NCBI GenBank assembly: GCA_910577095.1
Contig: CAJTLY010000002.1
Span: 957-64,956 of the forward strand
From: an uncultured Alphaproteobacteria bacterium
GTDB lineage: Bacteria; Pseudomonadota; Alphaproteobacteria; RF32; CAG-239
Direction of reading: 5' to 3'
Length of the DNA: 64,000 nucleotides
Shown piece after piece: positions 1 through 7,518 of this stretch (its first letter is position 1; each line of letters starts with the position of its first letter). The notes under the pieces are model-generated. The model searched no databases, was not told the DNA's origin, and saw only the letters and a program-made list of their open reading frames with translations. A program made the position numbers and the translations under genes.

Positions 1-2
1 GT

Positions 3-143
3 AAACTAATAGATACCTTTTATATGTGGCTTTATACAGAATTACAAATTTATCATAAAAAGGATTTTGAAGAAAGGGAAAAACTGATTAAAGAGAGTGG
101 TATGGAAATTCCATATATACCCCTTAATCAGCCTATGTCTTAA
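3..143 (+). CDS. 3' end of a CDS cut by the window edge (hypothetical)
   Basis: The frame is open from the edge (KLIDTFYMWLYTELQIYHKKDFEEREKLIKESGMEIPYIPLNQPMS) to TAA at 141-143. No domain recognised. Confidence 0.3.
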   Translation, partial: KLIDTFYMWLYTELQIYHKKDFEEREKLIKESGMEIPYIPLNQPMS

Positions 144-339
144 TAAATTCGTGGCATTTGTTGGGGTGTGGGCTGTAAGGACATTTTCCACCATGGGGCT
201 TTGGGGCTTGTTTACCGCAGTAACGGCAGACATAGCCCTTTTTGTTCAACTGTTCCCTGAGCTTTTTCATCTCCAATCGGAAAACCGCCAACAAATTTGC
301 AAGTTCTATTTTTTCGTTCGGGTCTGTTAATTTTTTCAT
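133..339 (-). CDS. small Cys/His-rich hypothetical protein (68 aa)
   Basis: ATG start. C-terminal CRYCGKQAPKPHGGKCPYSPHPNKCH looks like a zinc-knuckle-type cluster. No family recognised. Confidence 0.45.
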   Translation of the reverse strand: MKKLTDPNEKIELANLLAVFRLEMKKLREQLNKKGYVCRYCGKQAPKPHGGKCPYSPHPNKCHEFIKT

Positions 340-401
340 CGGTAATAAACTCCCTATATTATGTTTTTATACAACTAAATCATTTAACTAATTGTCTGAT
401 T

Positions 402-431
402 TTGCATAATATTTTACTTGCAATTTATAAT
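402..431 (+). promoter_or_regulatory. sigma70-like promoter candidate (TTGCAT-N18-TATAAT)
   Basis: TTGCAT at 402-407 and TATAAT at 426-431. It faces the DUF3768 operon. The AT-rich context makes chance matches likely. Confidence 0.3.
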
Positions 432-640
432 AGAATATGTTATATTTAACCATAATAAAAATTGATTCGATTCGTTTTTATTATAAATCACAAAATATAC
501 GAAACCGTGTACAAAGCTGTTTTTTAGCAAGGGCAGCAAAGGTTTTGTATGTTTGAAAGTGAGGTGTAATAATGTGGCTCTATACTAATGAACTGAAAAT
601 AAGTTGGTTAGAGTCGATTACATCTCAATCCAACAATCGG

Positions 641-671
641 AGCTTCGACCCAGTGTCGAGGCTCTTTTTTT
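641..671 (+). terminator. intrinsic-terminator-like hairpin in the leader just upstream of the DUF3768 domain start
   Basis: GAGCTTCGAC-ccagt-GTCGAGGCTC forms a 10-bp stem with one G.U pair, followed by T7 at 665-671. Confidence 0.5.
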
Positions 672-688
672 ATTTTAAAGGTAAGAAA

Positions 689-1012
689 ATGAATATTGAA
701 AAAATAAGGCAATTAAATGATACGTTTCGCGAGTCATTTAATGGTGGACGGGTAGTTATTACCCCTTGCGTGCAATCACTAACCGATGATGACAGAAAAG
801 AACTTTTGAAACAAGTTCAGGAGTTTGATAATTTTACCGAGGACAACGACCCCTACGGAGAACACGACTTCGGTGCAATAAATTTCAAAAATGATACGTA
901 TTTCTGGAAAATTGACTATTACGACACCGATTATAATTATTTCAGTCCTGACCCCAGCGATTCAAATGTCACAATCAGAGTGCTTACCATAATGCGGGGA
1001 GATGAATATTGA
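689..1012 (+). CDS. DUF3768-family protein
   Basis: NDPYGEHDFG ... YFWKIDYYD ... VTIRVLTIM matches the DUF3768 signature as I remember it. I preferred the ATG at 689. The in-frame ATG at 572, with GAGGTG at 561-566, is an alternative start. Confidence 0.7.
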   Translation: MNIEKIRQLNDTFRESFNGGRVVITPCVQSLTDDDRKELLKQVQEFDNFTEDNDPYGEHDFGAINFKNDTYFWKIDYYDTDYNYFSPDPSDSNVTIRVLTIMRGDEY

Positions 1013-1533
1013 CAGCAGTTATAAATCAGGGATTTACCTATTTATGCGGCTGTTTTGCAAGCGTTATCTCTACAACGAAAGCCATAAATGGAATAAAGCA
1101 CCTCAAAACCGATTACCAAAGGGAACTCCTGCATACCCTTTATGAACATTTAGACAATTGCCGAGAATTGCTTGATGTTCACAAAACAGGCACAACCAAT
1201 GCACAACTAGAAGACTATCTTTTTTGCATTGGTGAAAAGTTAAAGATTGATTTCGGTATATCCATTAAGGTTTCCCGCCCTCTGTTAAGAAAGAAAATAT
1301 CGGTTGATGAAGTGATAAACCAGATTAAACAATACTCGGAAATGCCTGACACTGCCGTTTTAATCGGTCTAGAGGGCAAATATTCACATTGGACAACCGT
1401 TGACAAGGTTAGGAGTTCAATCAAACTCCTTGACAGCGGCAGTATAAAACAAATCCCAATCCGCAACATTCCGCAAATTCACCAAATCAGCAAGAATGAC
1501 GTATATGTTATCAAAGCGAGGGTATGCAAATGA
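1009..1533 (+). CDS. hypothetical protein with a papain-fold (C39-like) Cys-peptidase motif pattern
   Basis: TTG start overlaps the DUF3768 stop by 4 nt, with GGGGAG 8 nt upstream. Q6-x5-C12-G (INQGFTYLCG), then YSHWTTV with an Asp 15 residues later (LLDSG). This is the same Q/C/H/D order and spacing as C39 peptidases. Confidence 0.5.
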   Translation: MTAVINQGFTYLCGCFASVISTTKAINGIKHLKTDYQRELLHTLYEHLDNCRELLDVHKTGTTNAQLEDYLFCIGEKLKIDFGISIKVSRPLLRKKISVDEVINQIKQYSEMPDTAVLIGLEGKYSHWTTVDKVRSSIKLLDSGSIKQIPIRNIPQIHQISKNDVYVIKARVCK

Positions 1534-1677
1534 ATAACAATATACAAACTTATTCATTAAACATTCAACCTATTGAAAATAAACATTTTTCAAGCTGCTA
1601 CAATTCTGCAACATTAAAAATATGCGAATATTTATTTAAATATACAAGAAATTTATTCATTATCGAGGAGATAAAAA

Positions 1678-2256
1678 ATGATAAACCGTGCAATTATTGA
1701 TGACAAAAAACTAAAGCAAATCTTTCAATATATTGAAACCTTACAGAACCACCGACAGATAAAAATGATGTTTCAGCTTAGCTTTATGGGATTACGCTGT
1801 ATAAATTTTTGTTATTTACAAGTCAAAGATATTCAAAATGACGACTTATCCATCAAAAACATCATAGAGCTTTCTGCTAATAAAAACAAAGGTCAGAAAA
1901 AAGCCCGCTACTACTTAAACTCCAAATTACGGTCAGAATTAAAGGAATACATACAATGGCTCTCATCAAAAAAGAAAATCACATTTGACACATATTTATT
2001 TACATCGCAAAAAACAGGAAAGCCCTATCTTAGAAATTCTCTCAGCCGAATTTTCAGTAATATTTATAATATCTTCGGTTTAGAGTGTTCAACGCACTAT
2101 GGACGGCGGCATTTTATCACTGAGAATTTGACTGCTGGGGTTGATATTACGACCGTTAAAACTCTTGTCAACCATAGTAATATCCAAACTATTGCCCTTT
2201 ATTACAATACTAATGATAAGTTACTGAGCAATGTTGTCGAGCGGATAAAAATATAG
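1678..2256 (+). CDS. short tyrosine recombinase (catalytic domain only, 192 aa)
   Basis: GLR ... HYGRRHF ... VNHSNIQTIALYY gives the R, HxxR, H and Y signature. No N-terminal SAM-like domain. GAGGAG RBS. Confidence 0.8.
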   Translation: MINRAIIDDKKLKQIFQYIETLQNHRQIKMMFQLSFMGLRCINFCYLQVKDIQNDDLSIKNIIELSANKNKGQKKARYYLNSKLRSELKEYIQWLSSKKKITFDTYLFTSQKTGKPYLRNSLSRIFSNIYNIFGLECSTHYGRRHFITENLTAGVDITTVKTLVNHSNIQTIALYYNTNDKLLSNVVERIKI

Positions 2257-2285
2257 GCGGTCAGCCGAAACTAACCGCCAAATAA

Positions 2286-3038
2286 TTAATTCCCATTTTC
2301 AATGTCACTAATAATATTGCGTAAAACCTCCTTTCCTTTACCTCCCGCAAAAGCCAAATCGTATATTTTGAAGCGTTTTAGATGAGTGAAGTTTGTATAA
2401 ATTGCCTTATACGTCATACTCGTATTTTTTAGTCCGACGGTTAAATCTCTTCTCGTAAATGTTCTTTTCCCGCCAAATAAGGCTTTAAAGCTGTATTGAA
2501 TAGCAGACTCTAAATCATACTGAGGTCTAACAACGAAAGGTCTGATACGACTTTGAAGAAAGTATTTTTTTATTCGTTTTGATAATTTTGATTTCTCCCA
2601 ACGTGTCAAAGCTCGAAAAAATATTCCGTGAATATGCGGTGTCATCAAAGTACCGTCTTGTTGAAAAGATAGCCGTGGAAATTCATCTAAAGCGACATTG
2701 GCAATATAATCATAACCTTTGAAAATCTTTTTTATTTTCTTCTGAAATGGCTTATATTGAAAATCCCAGTTATTCTGCCCAAAGTTATACTCATCGACAA
2801 CAATCGTAAACATTGAGATATTACTGTTTCCAGTAATTGGTTCTATGTATGAAAAAGCAACGTCTGAAAAGTTTTTAAGAGAAAGAGGTTGCATCATTCC
2901 AAAACCGTTTGGGCGATTAACATATCTTATTGATTGGCATTTACGGTAAACATCCTTAACGTATAAATCGATAGCTCTTGTTACTTTTCTGAGTTGTAAA
3001 TTTGCATTATGTTCAAATTTTTCGGAGAAAGTTTTCAT
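2286..3038 (-). CDS. HUH-endonuclease-like replication initiator/relaxase candidate
   Basis: Three ordered motifs: FTIVVDE (motif I-like), TPHIHGIFF (HUH) and AIQYSFKAL (YxxK). Confidence 0.5.
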   Translation of the reverse strand: MKTFSEKFEHNANLQLRKVTRAIDLYVKDVYRKCQSIRYVNRPNGFGMMQPLSLKNFSDVAFSYIEPITGNSNISMFTIVVDEYNFGQNNWDFQYKPFQKKIKKIFKGYDYIANVALDEFPRLSFQQDGTLMTPHIHGIFFRALTRWEKSKLSKRIKKYFLQSRIRPFVVRPQYDLESAIQYSFKALFGGKRTFTRRDLTVGLKNTSMTYKAIYTNFTHLKRFKIYDLAFAGGKGKEVLRNIISDIENGN

Positions 3039-3116
3039 TTAACATTCCTTTACTTCATTGATTTAACTGCATTATATTTGAGTTATGTTTGTATACATAT
3101 ATTTGCAGTTTTCACT

Positions 3117-3168
3117 AAAAACGTTGTAATACAACGTTTTGAAAAATAGGAGGAAGCCTTGGGCTTCC
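3117..3168 (-). terminator. two tandem hairpins with T-runs downstream of the acidic-protein gene and upstream of the Rep-like gene
   Basis: GGAAGCC-ttg-GGCTTCC (3152-3168) and ACGTTGTA-at-ACAACGT (3121-3137). Each is followed by a T-run on the minus strand. Confidence 0.45.
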
Positions 3169-3177
3169 CCCAAAGTT

Positions 3178-3915
3178 TTACAATTTCTTAAATTTGGATA
3201 CACTAAGCTTTTGGAGTAAAAAAATATCTGTGCTTTTGTACACATTATTCCCGTTTACCCAAATAACATAATTTTTATCCTTGATGTTATTCGACTGAAA
3301 GAATTTGACGGTTTTATCTCCCAAAGACTGTTTTTGATATTCGGAAGCCGACGTCTTGGCATCAGCATTATTATTGTCATCCTCGGCAATATCATCATCT
3401 GCCTCATCTTCATCCTCATCGTCTTCTTCAGTATTTTCGTCATCATCCCCAAAGGGCAGCTCAGGCTGTTTGTCATCTTCATCGTCATTATCTTCTTCAT
3501 TTTCCCCTGTATCGTTTTGATTGCTTAAGCGAAAATTAGCAAAATAATCAATTCCATATTGACTTAAGTTTTTTTCAGCCGTGTCCAAATCAAAGCTCAA
3601 ACTGTCAAACCGTTTCAAAACCCTAACATACGTTCTGATTCTTGCTTTAACACGTTCGTCATTGCATTTATCAGATACCCCTAGTGCTAGCATTAAAATC
3701 ATTTTCATCGGTTTTTTCACCTTGTATTTAATACCTGCCTTTGTACATCTTTTTTTGATTAGCTTCGGGTTGTAATGAAGATAAATGTCATAACAACCAA
3801 GAATAGCTTTTTGTATATGTTTTCGTCCTTTTAACTCAATTTTATCAAAAGCTTCAAAAGCCTTTTTAATATTTGTGAACTTTTCTTTGAGTTCTTCTTT
3901 AGTAAATTCTGTCAT
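3178..3915 (-). CDS. hyper-acidic hypothetical protein
   Basis: ATG at 3915 has a GGGAGA RBS, and ATG at 3945 is also possible. It has a central run of about 50 residues that is almost entirely D/E/N (ENEEDNDDEDDKQPELPFGDDDENTEEDDEDEDEADDDIAEDDNNN). Confidence 0.6.
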   Translation of the reverse strand: MTEFTKEELKEKFTNIKKAFEAFDKIELKGRKHIQKAILGCYDIYLHYNPKLIKKRCTKAGIKYKVKKPMKMILMLALGVSDKCNDERVKARIRTYVRVLKRFDSLSFDLDTAEKNLSQYGIDYFANFRLSNQNDTGENEEDNDDEDDKQPELPFGDDDENTEEDDEDEDEADDDIAEDDNNNADAKTSASEYQKQSLGDKTVKFFQSNNIKDKNYVIWVNGNNVYKSTDIFLLQKLSVSKFKKL

Positions 3916-4313
3916 CAGAATTCTCCCTATTTTCTTTATCCGCATAGTAGAGAGTGAGGTAAAGTTTTAATAAACGGTCATAGATAGCCAGAGCTTCGTC
4001 GTCAGACAAAACTTCATTAGGATACCACGATTTTATTATATCAACTTTTTTCATCTCTACCATTTAGACAAAATTAAAACACAGTCGCTTGACTGGAAAG
4101 ACAACTCATTTGCCTTACAAGATGAACACTAAATTAAACATTATTAGCTGAAAACTTGTTTGTTTCCAACGATTTTACCTGATTATTAGAATTATCTAAC
4201 GATATTAAAACAATTATTGAATAAATCTTATAATCATTATTAGAAACAAATAAATTGCTTGTTTTGTCTAAAATTGCATAATATTATTGTTTTTAACAAT
4301 TGGAGTTTTGAAA

Positions 4314-5921
4314 ATGATAACAGCGGCTATCCTATGTCGAAGGGTTTCGACGGTTATGCAAGAGCGCGAAGGAACATCCCTTCTGAATCAGTTAGAAATA
4401 CTGACAGAATATTGTCAAAGAAAGGGGCTGACTATAATTAAAGATGCAGAAATAGTTGAAAGCAGCACCAAAGGGGAACGCAAAAAATTTATGGAAGTAA
4501 TAAAATTCTGCCAACAACAACGTGGTGGTGTTGCTTTGGTATGTTTGAAGACTGACAGACTGTTTCGCAACTTTAAGAATTACACAATGATTGATGAAAT
4601 GCGAAAAAGCGGGCAGCTTGAACTTCATCTAATCCAAGAAAATTTGATACTGAATAAAGATTCTAAAGCCGGAGACTTAACCATACTCGGTTTAAATGTC
4701 GTTATGGCTCAAAACTATGCACTTAGTCTACGAGATAATGTAGTCTATGGGATGGACTACTCAGTCAATCAAGGACGGTGTATGTCGAAAGCTCCGGCGG
4801 GCTATTTAAATATAAGGACATCAGACGGGAAAGCCGCCGTCATTATCGATGACGAACGGGCACCGATTATTCAGAAGCTTTTTGAACAATATGCAACGGG
4901 GCTTTATTCGGTTAAGGATATGATGAAAAAATGTAAAGAATGGGGGCTTATCAGCCGTTTTTCAGGAAAGCCGTTTGATACAAGTACGATTCACCGCATA
5001 CTAAACAACAGATTTTACATTGGGGAAATGTTATATAAAAACCAGTGGTACAAACATAATTACGAAACTTTAATCGCTCCCGCTCTGTTTAAAACGTGTC
5101 AGGACATTATGCACGGTCGTAAACCGGAAGAACCAAAACATTTCAAAACCACCGAAAAGCCCTTTATTTTTCGGGGATTAATAACTTGCGGAGAATGTGG
5201 TTGTATGATTAGTAGTGACCGTAAAATAAAACCCAGCGGCAAAGAATACGTTTACCTCAAATGTTCGCATTTCAAAGGGAACTGCAAAAATCCGCAGGTT
5301 AACGAAAATGTCGTTTTGAAACAAATCGAAGACGAATTGAAAAACTTGTCCGCACCGCAAGAGATAATGAGCTATCTCAGGTCAGATATGGAGAAAATTA
5401 TAAACCGACAGAATGAAATTCATAACCGAGAAGTAAAAGCCATTCGCAAGAAATACGATGACTGTCAGGAACAAATTAAATACTTGCGGTCACTACTGCT
5501 TAAAAAGGAAATTACACCGGAAGAATACCGTGATATGAATGAAGACCTCAAAAAAGAACAATACGAACTCGAGGGAAAGTCGGAACTGCTGACCGAAGCC
5601 GATGAAAAATTTTCAATCGCAGTCGCCACCATACTTTCCTTGGGTAATAATGCGTACCAAATCTTCCAGAGTTCGAAAGTAGAAACAAAAAGAGAGATTT
5701 TACACATCTTACTTTCGAACTTGAAATTGCAAGACCGCAAAATCTCTTATACCCTTAGAAAACCTTACGATTACATCAGGTCTTTAAACAAAAAAACACC
5801 CTCCAAATCGGAAGGTGTTGCAATTGGTGATCCCAACGAGGTTCGAACTCGTGTTACCGCCGTGAGAGGGCGATGTCCTAGACCACTAGACGATGGGACC
5901 GTGTTTTGTTTGTGCTTTTAA
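4314..5921 (+). CDS. large serine recombinase (integrase)
   Basis: Resolvase core (RRVSTVMQ..S..NQ), recombinase domain, zinc ribbon (CGECGCMISS...LKCSHFKGNC) and a coiled-coil tail. GGAG RBS before the ATG at 4314. The 3' end overlaps tRNA-Glu antisense. Confidence 0.9.
   Translation: MITAAILCRRVSTVMQEREGTSLLNQLEILTEYCQRKGLTIIKDAEIVESSTKGERKKFMEVIKFCQQQRGGVALVCLKTDRLFRNFKNYTMIDEMRKSGQLELHLIQENLILNKDSKAGDLTILGLNVVMAQNYALSLRDNVVYGMDYSVNQGRCMSKAPAGYLNIRTSDGKAAVIIDDERAPIIQKLFEQYATGLYSVKDMMKKCKEWGLISRFSGKPFDTSTIHRILNNRFYIGEMLYKNQWYKHNYETLIAPALFKTCQDIMHGRKPEEPKHFKTTEKPFIFRGLITCGECGCMISSDRKIKPSGKEYVYLKCSHFKGNCKNPQVNENVVLKQIEDELKNLSAPQEIMSYLRSDMEKIINRQNEIHNREVKAIRKKYDDCQEQIKYLRSLLLKKEITPEEYRDMNEDLKKEQYELEGKSELLTEADEKFSIAVATILSLGNNAYQIFQSSKVETKREILHILLSNLKLQDRKISYTLRKPYDYIRSLNKKTPSKSEGVAIGDPNEVRTRVTAVRGRCPRPLDDGTVFCLCF
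5790..5819 (-). terminator. intrinsic terminator of tRNA-Glu
   Basis: AACACCTTCC-gattt-GGAGGGTGTT hairpin followed by T7 on the minus strand, directly 3' of the tRNA. Confidence 0.6.
5825..5900 (-). tRNA. tRNA-Glu (anticodon CUC), CCA encoded
   Basis: GGTCCCATCGTCTAGTGGTCTAGGACATCGCCCTCTCACGGCGGTAACACGAGTTCGAACCTCGTTGGGATCACCA. The cloverleaf folds by hand, the anticodon loop is CTCTCAC, and it closely resembles E. coli tRNA-Glu. Confidence 0.9.
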
Positions 5922-6069
5922 CCCATATTTTCGTTTTTGGCAAGCTTTTTTATTAAATTTGCATCACTATCGGCAAAAGATTTTAATCAAAAACCTCTTT
6001 CTACAGCAACATGGCAACCCTTCAAACATTCGCCGCAGCCTTATCCGCCCTGCCGAGACAACGGCATGA

Positions 6070-6516
6070 TTATCTTTCCGCTTGGTTCTCAATTACATTT
6101 GCGATTTTTTTAAACAGGCCGGCTTCAGACATTTGATCCACAGCGGCATTTTTTTCTTTAATGCTCTTAATATTCTTGGCGCGATTGATGGCTATTTTGC
6201 GCTGAAGCATCTGCTCACTGTTAAGATACCGTTTTTCTTCACATGCTCCGACTTTAAAATCGACAAAATCAATTGCCCATTTTCTAAGCGCTCTCTTACA
6301 TGGTTCATAGGCGGCGGCTTGTTCAACCAGTGCTGCCTGCTCCTTGCTCAACAAATGGCTTTCACTGTGTTCGCCCAACTTTACAGAATCGACGTCGCAA
6401 CCCGACCAACTTTCCGTATCCGCCCTGATGCACGCAGCATCGCCCTCATTTAAATATGTATATTTGGTAAATGAATCGGCGCTGTCCCTGGTTCCCAAAA
6501 AATGTTGTCTTGACAT
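6070..6516 (-). CDS. hypothetical protein (third gene of a 3-gene operon)
   Basis: ATG at 6516 is preceded by AAGGAGG. No domain recognised. Confidence 0.6.
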   Translation of the reverse strand: MSRQHFLGTRDSADSFTKYTYLNEGDAACIRADTESWSGCDVDSVKLGEHSESHLLSKEQAALVEQAAAYEPCKRALRKWAIDFVDFKVGACEEKRYLNSEQMLQRKIAINRAKNIKSIKEKNAAVDQMSEAGLFKKIANVIENQAER

Positions 6517-6545
6517 ATGGCACCTCCTTATAAAACGCTTCTGTT

Positions 6546-6908
6546 TCACGCGCCTGCCGTATCAGCCAACGCTTTTTCCCAAGTGGTCAATCCGATCAGA
6601 CTCCAATCGACAGGAATTTTTTCCACCATTTTTATATCGGCGAAATAACTGTCCTTGATGTTATCGTCGAGAAGCGTCTCCACCATCACCACTTCTCTGG
6701 CTTTTTTCAATTTCTCGCGAATATCGGGATGAATATAATCCAAAATGATTTTCTGTTCTCTGTTACGCAAAAACACCGCATGGTCGCGCCCGTCATAAAT
6801 AATCTGCGGCGCACAAGGCGCGTCTTTCTTTGCGGTTAAAAAAATATAAAGCTCCCCGGCATCGCCCTCGGCCACCACGAATTTTTTTTCAGTCGTATAG
6901 TCACTCAT
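6546..6908 (-). CDS. hypothetical protein (second gene of the operon)
   Basis: ATG with a GGGAGG RBS. No domain recognised. Confidence 0.6.
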   Translation of the reverse strand: MSDYTTEKKFVVAEGDAGELYIFLTAKKDAPCAPQIIYDGRDHAVFLRNREQKIILDYIHPDIREKLKKAREVVMVETLLDDNIKDSYFADIKMVEKIPVDWSLIGLTTWEKALADTAGA

Positions 6909-6920
6909 GGCCGCCTCCCG

Positions 6921-7448
6921 TTATCCGTTTTGACGCTTTCTGTTCATCAACAGGTTACGGACATCATGCGAAATCTGACCGGCTTTTTCCCTAATGCCTT
7001 CTTTGACCTGGTAAACGGGAACCGAGGCAATCACCTTGCCGTTTTCGTCATAACGGTTAACGACCGTTCCCAAATATTTACCGTCTTTGTTATACAGTTT
7101 TTCACCGTTTTCCACTTGAGAAACCATGAAATGAGCGGCGGAACCGACAAGCGCGTTCAGAGTTGTGCGCTCGCTGTCGGCACGACCGCCGGTGTTTTTT
7201 TCGCTCACCATTCCAAACGCGCCGCCCATCGACACAAACGCTTGAAGACCGCCGGCATAAATCTGGGCGGTAGTTTCGGCATTTTCTACTTTGCCGAACC
7301 CCTGCAGCATCTTAAAGGTGCAAAACGCCGCAACCACATGTTTAACTTTGACCTTTCCCATAATTTTACGATTAAGGATATGTTGGTCCAAATTATCCAT
7401 AAACTGCTGCATGTTTTTTATGACATTTCTGCTTTCGGCCGCTCTCAT
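6921..7448 (-). CDS. hypothetical protein with a Gly-rich hydrophobic segment (first gene of the operon)
   Basis: ATG with a GGGAG RBS. AQIYAGGLQAFVSMGGAFGMV looks glycine-zipper-like. No family recognised. Confidence 0.6.
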   Translation of the reverse strand: MRAAESRNVIKNMQQFMDNLDQHILNRKIMGKVKVKHVVAAFCTFKMLQGFGKVENAETTAQIYAGGLQAFVSMGGAFGMVSEKNTGGRADSERTTLNALVGSAAHFMVSQVENGEKLYNKDGKYLGTVVNRYDENGKVIASVPVYQVKEGIREKAGQISHDVRNLLMNRKRQNG

Positions 7449-7518
7449 CTCGAGGTACTCCCAAGTTTCCTATAACTGCTACCATAGCATATTAGACAAA
7501 AAAGTCAAACATTATTGC

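Larger units (their letters stand above)
1..5824. mobile_element. AT-rich plasmid-like integrative element abutting the 3' end of tRNA-Glu; the left end lies outside the window
   Basis: Composition shifts sharply by eye at ~5790-5825. It contains a serine recombinase, a tyrosine recombinase and an HUH Rep-like gene. It sits on the 3' side of a tRNA gene, the classic island position. Confidence 0.6.

Noticed and set aside
572-688. N-terminal 39-codon extension of the DUF3768 ORF
   Set aside because: The extension contains the hairpin+T7 and lies outside the family core, so I preferred the start at 689. The good RBS at 561-566 means I cannot exclude the longer form or a leader peptide.
3899-4054. 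52-aa minus-strand ORF (MVEMKKVDIIKSWYPNEVLSDDEALAIYDRLL...) upstream of the acidic-protein gene
   Set aside because: It is below the track cutoff, has no recognisable family, and overlaps the alternative start of the next gene. The support is insufficient to call it.
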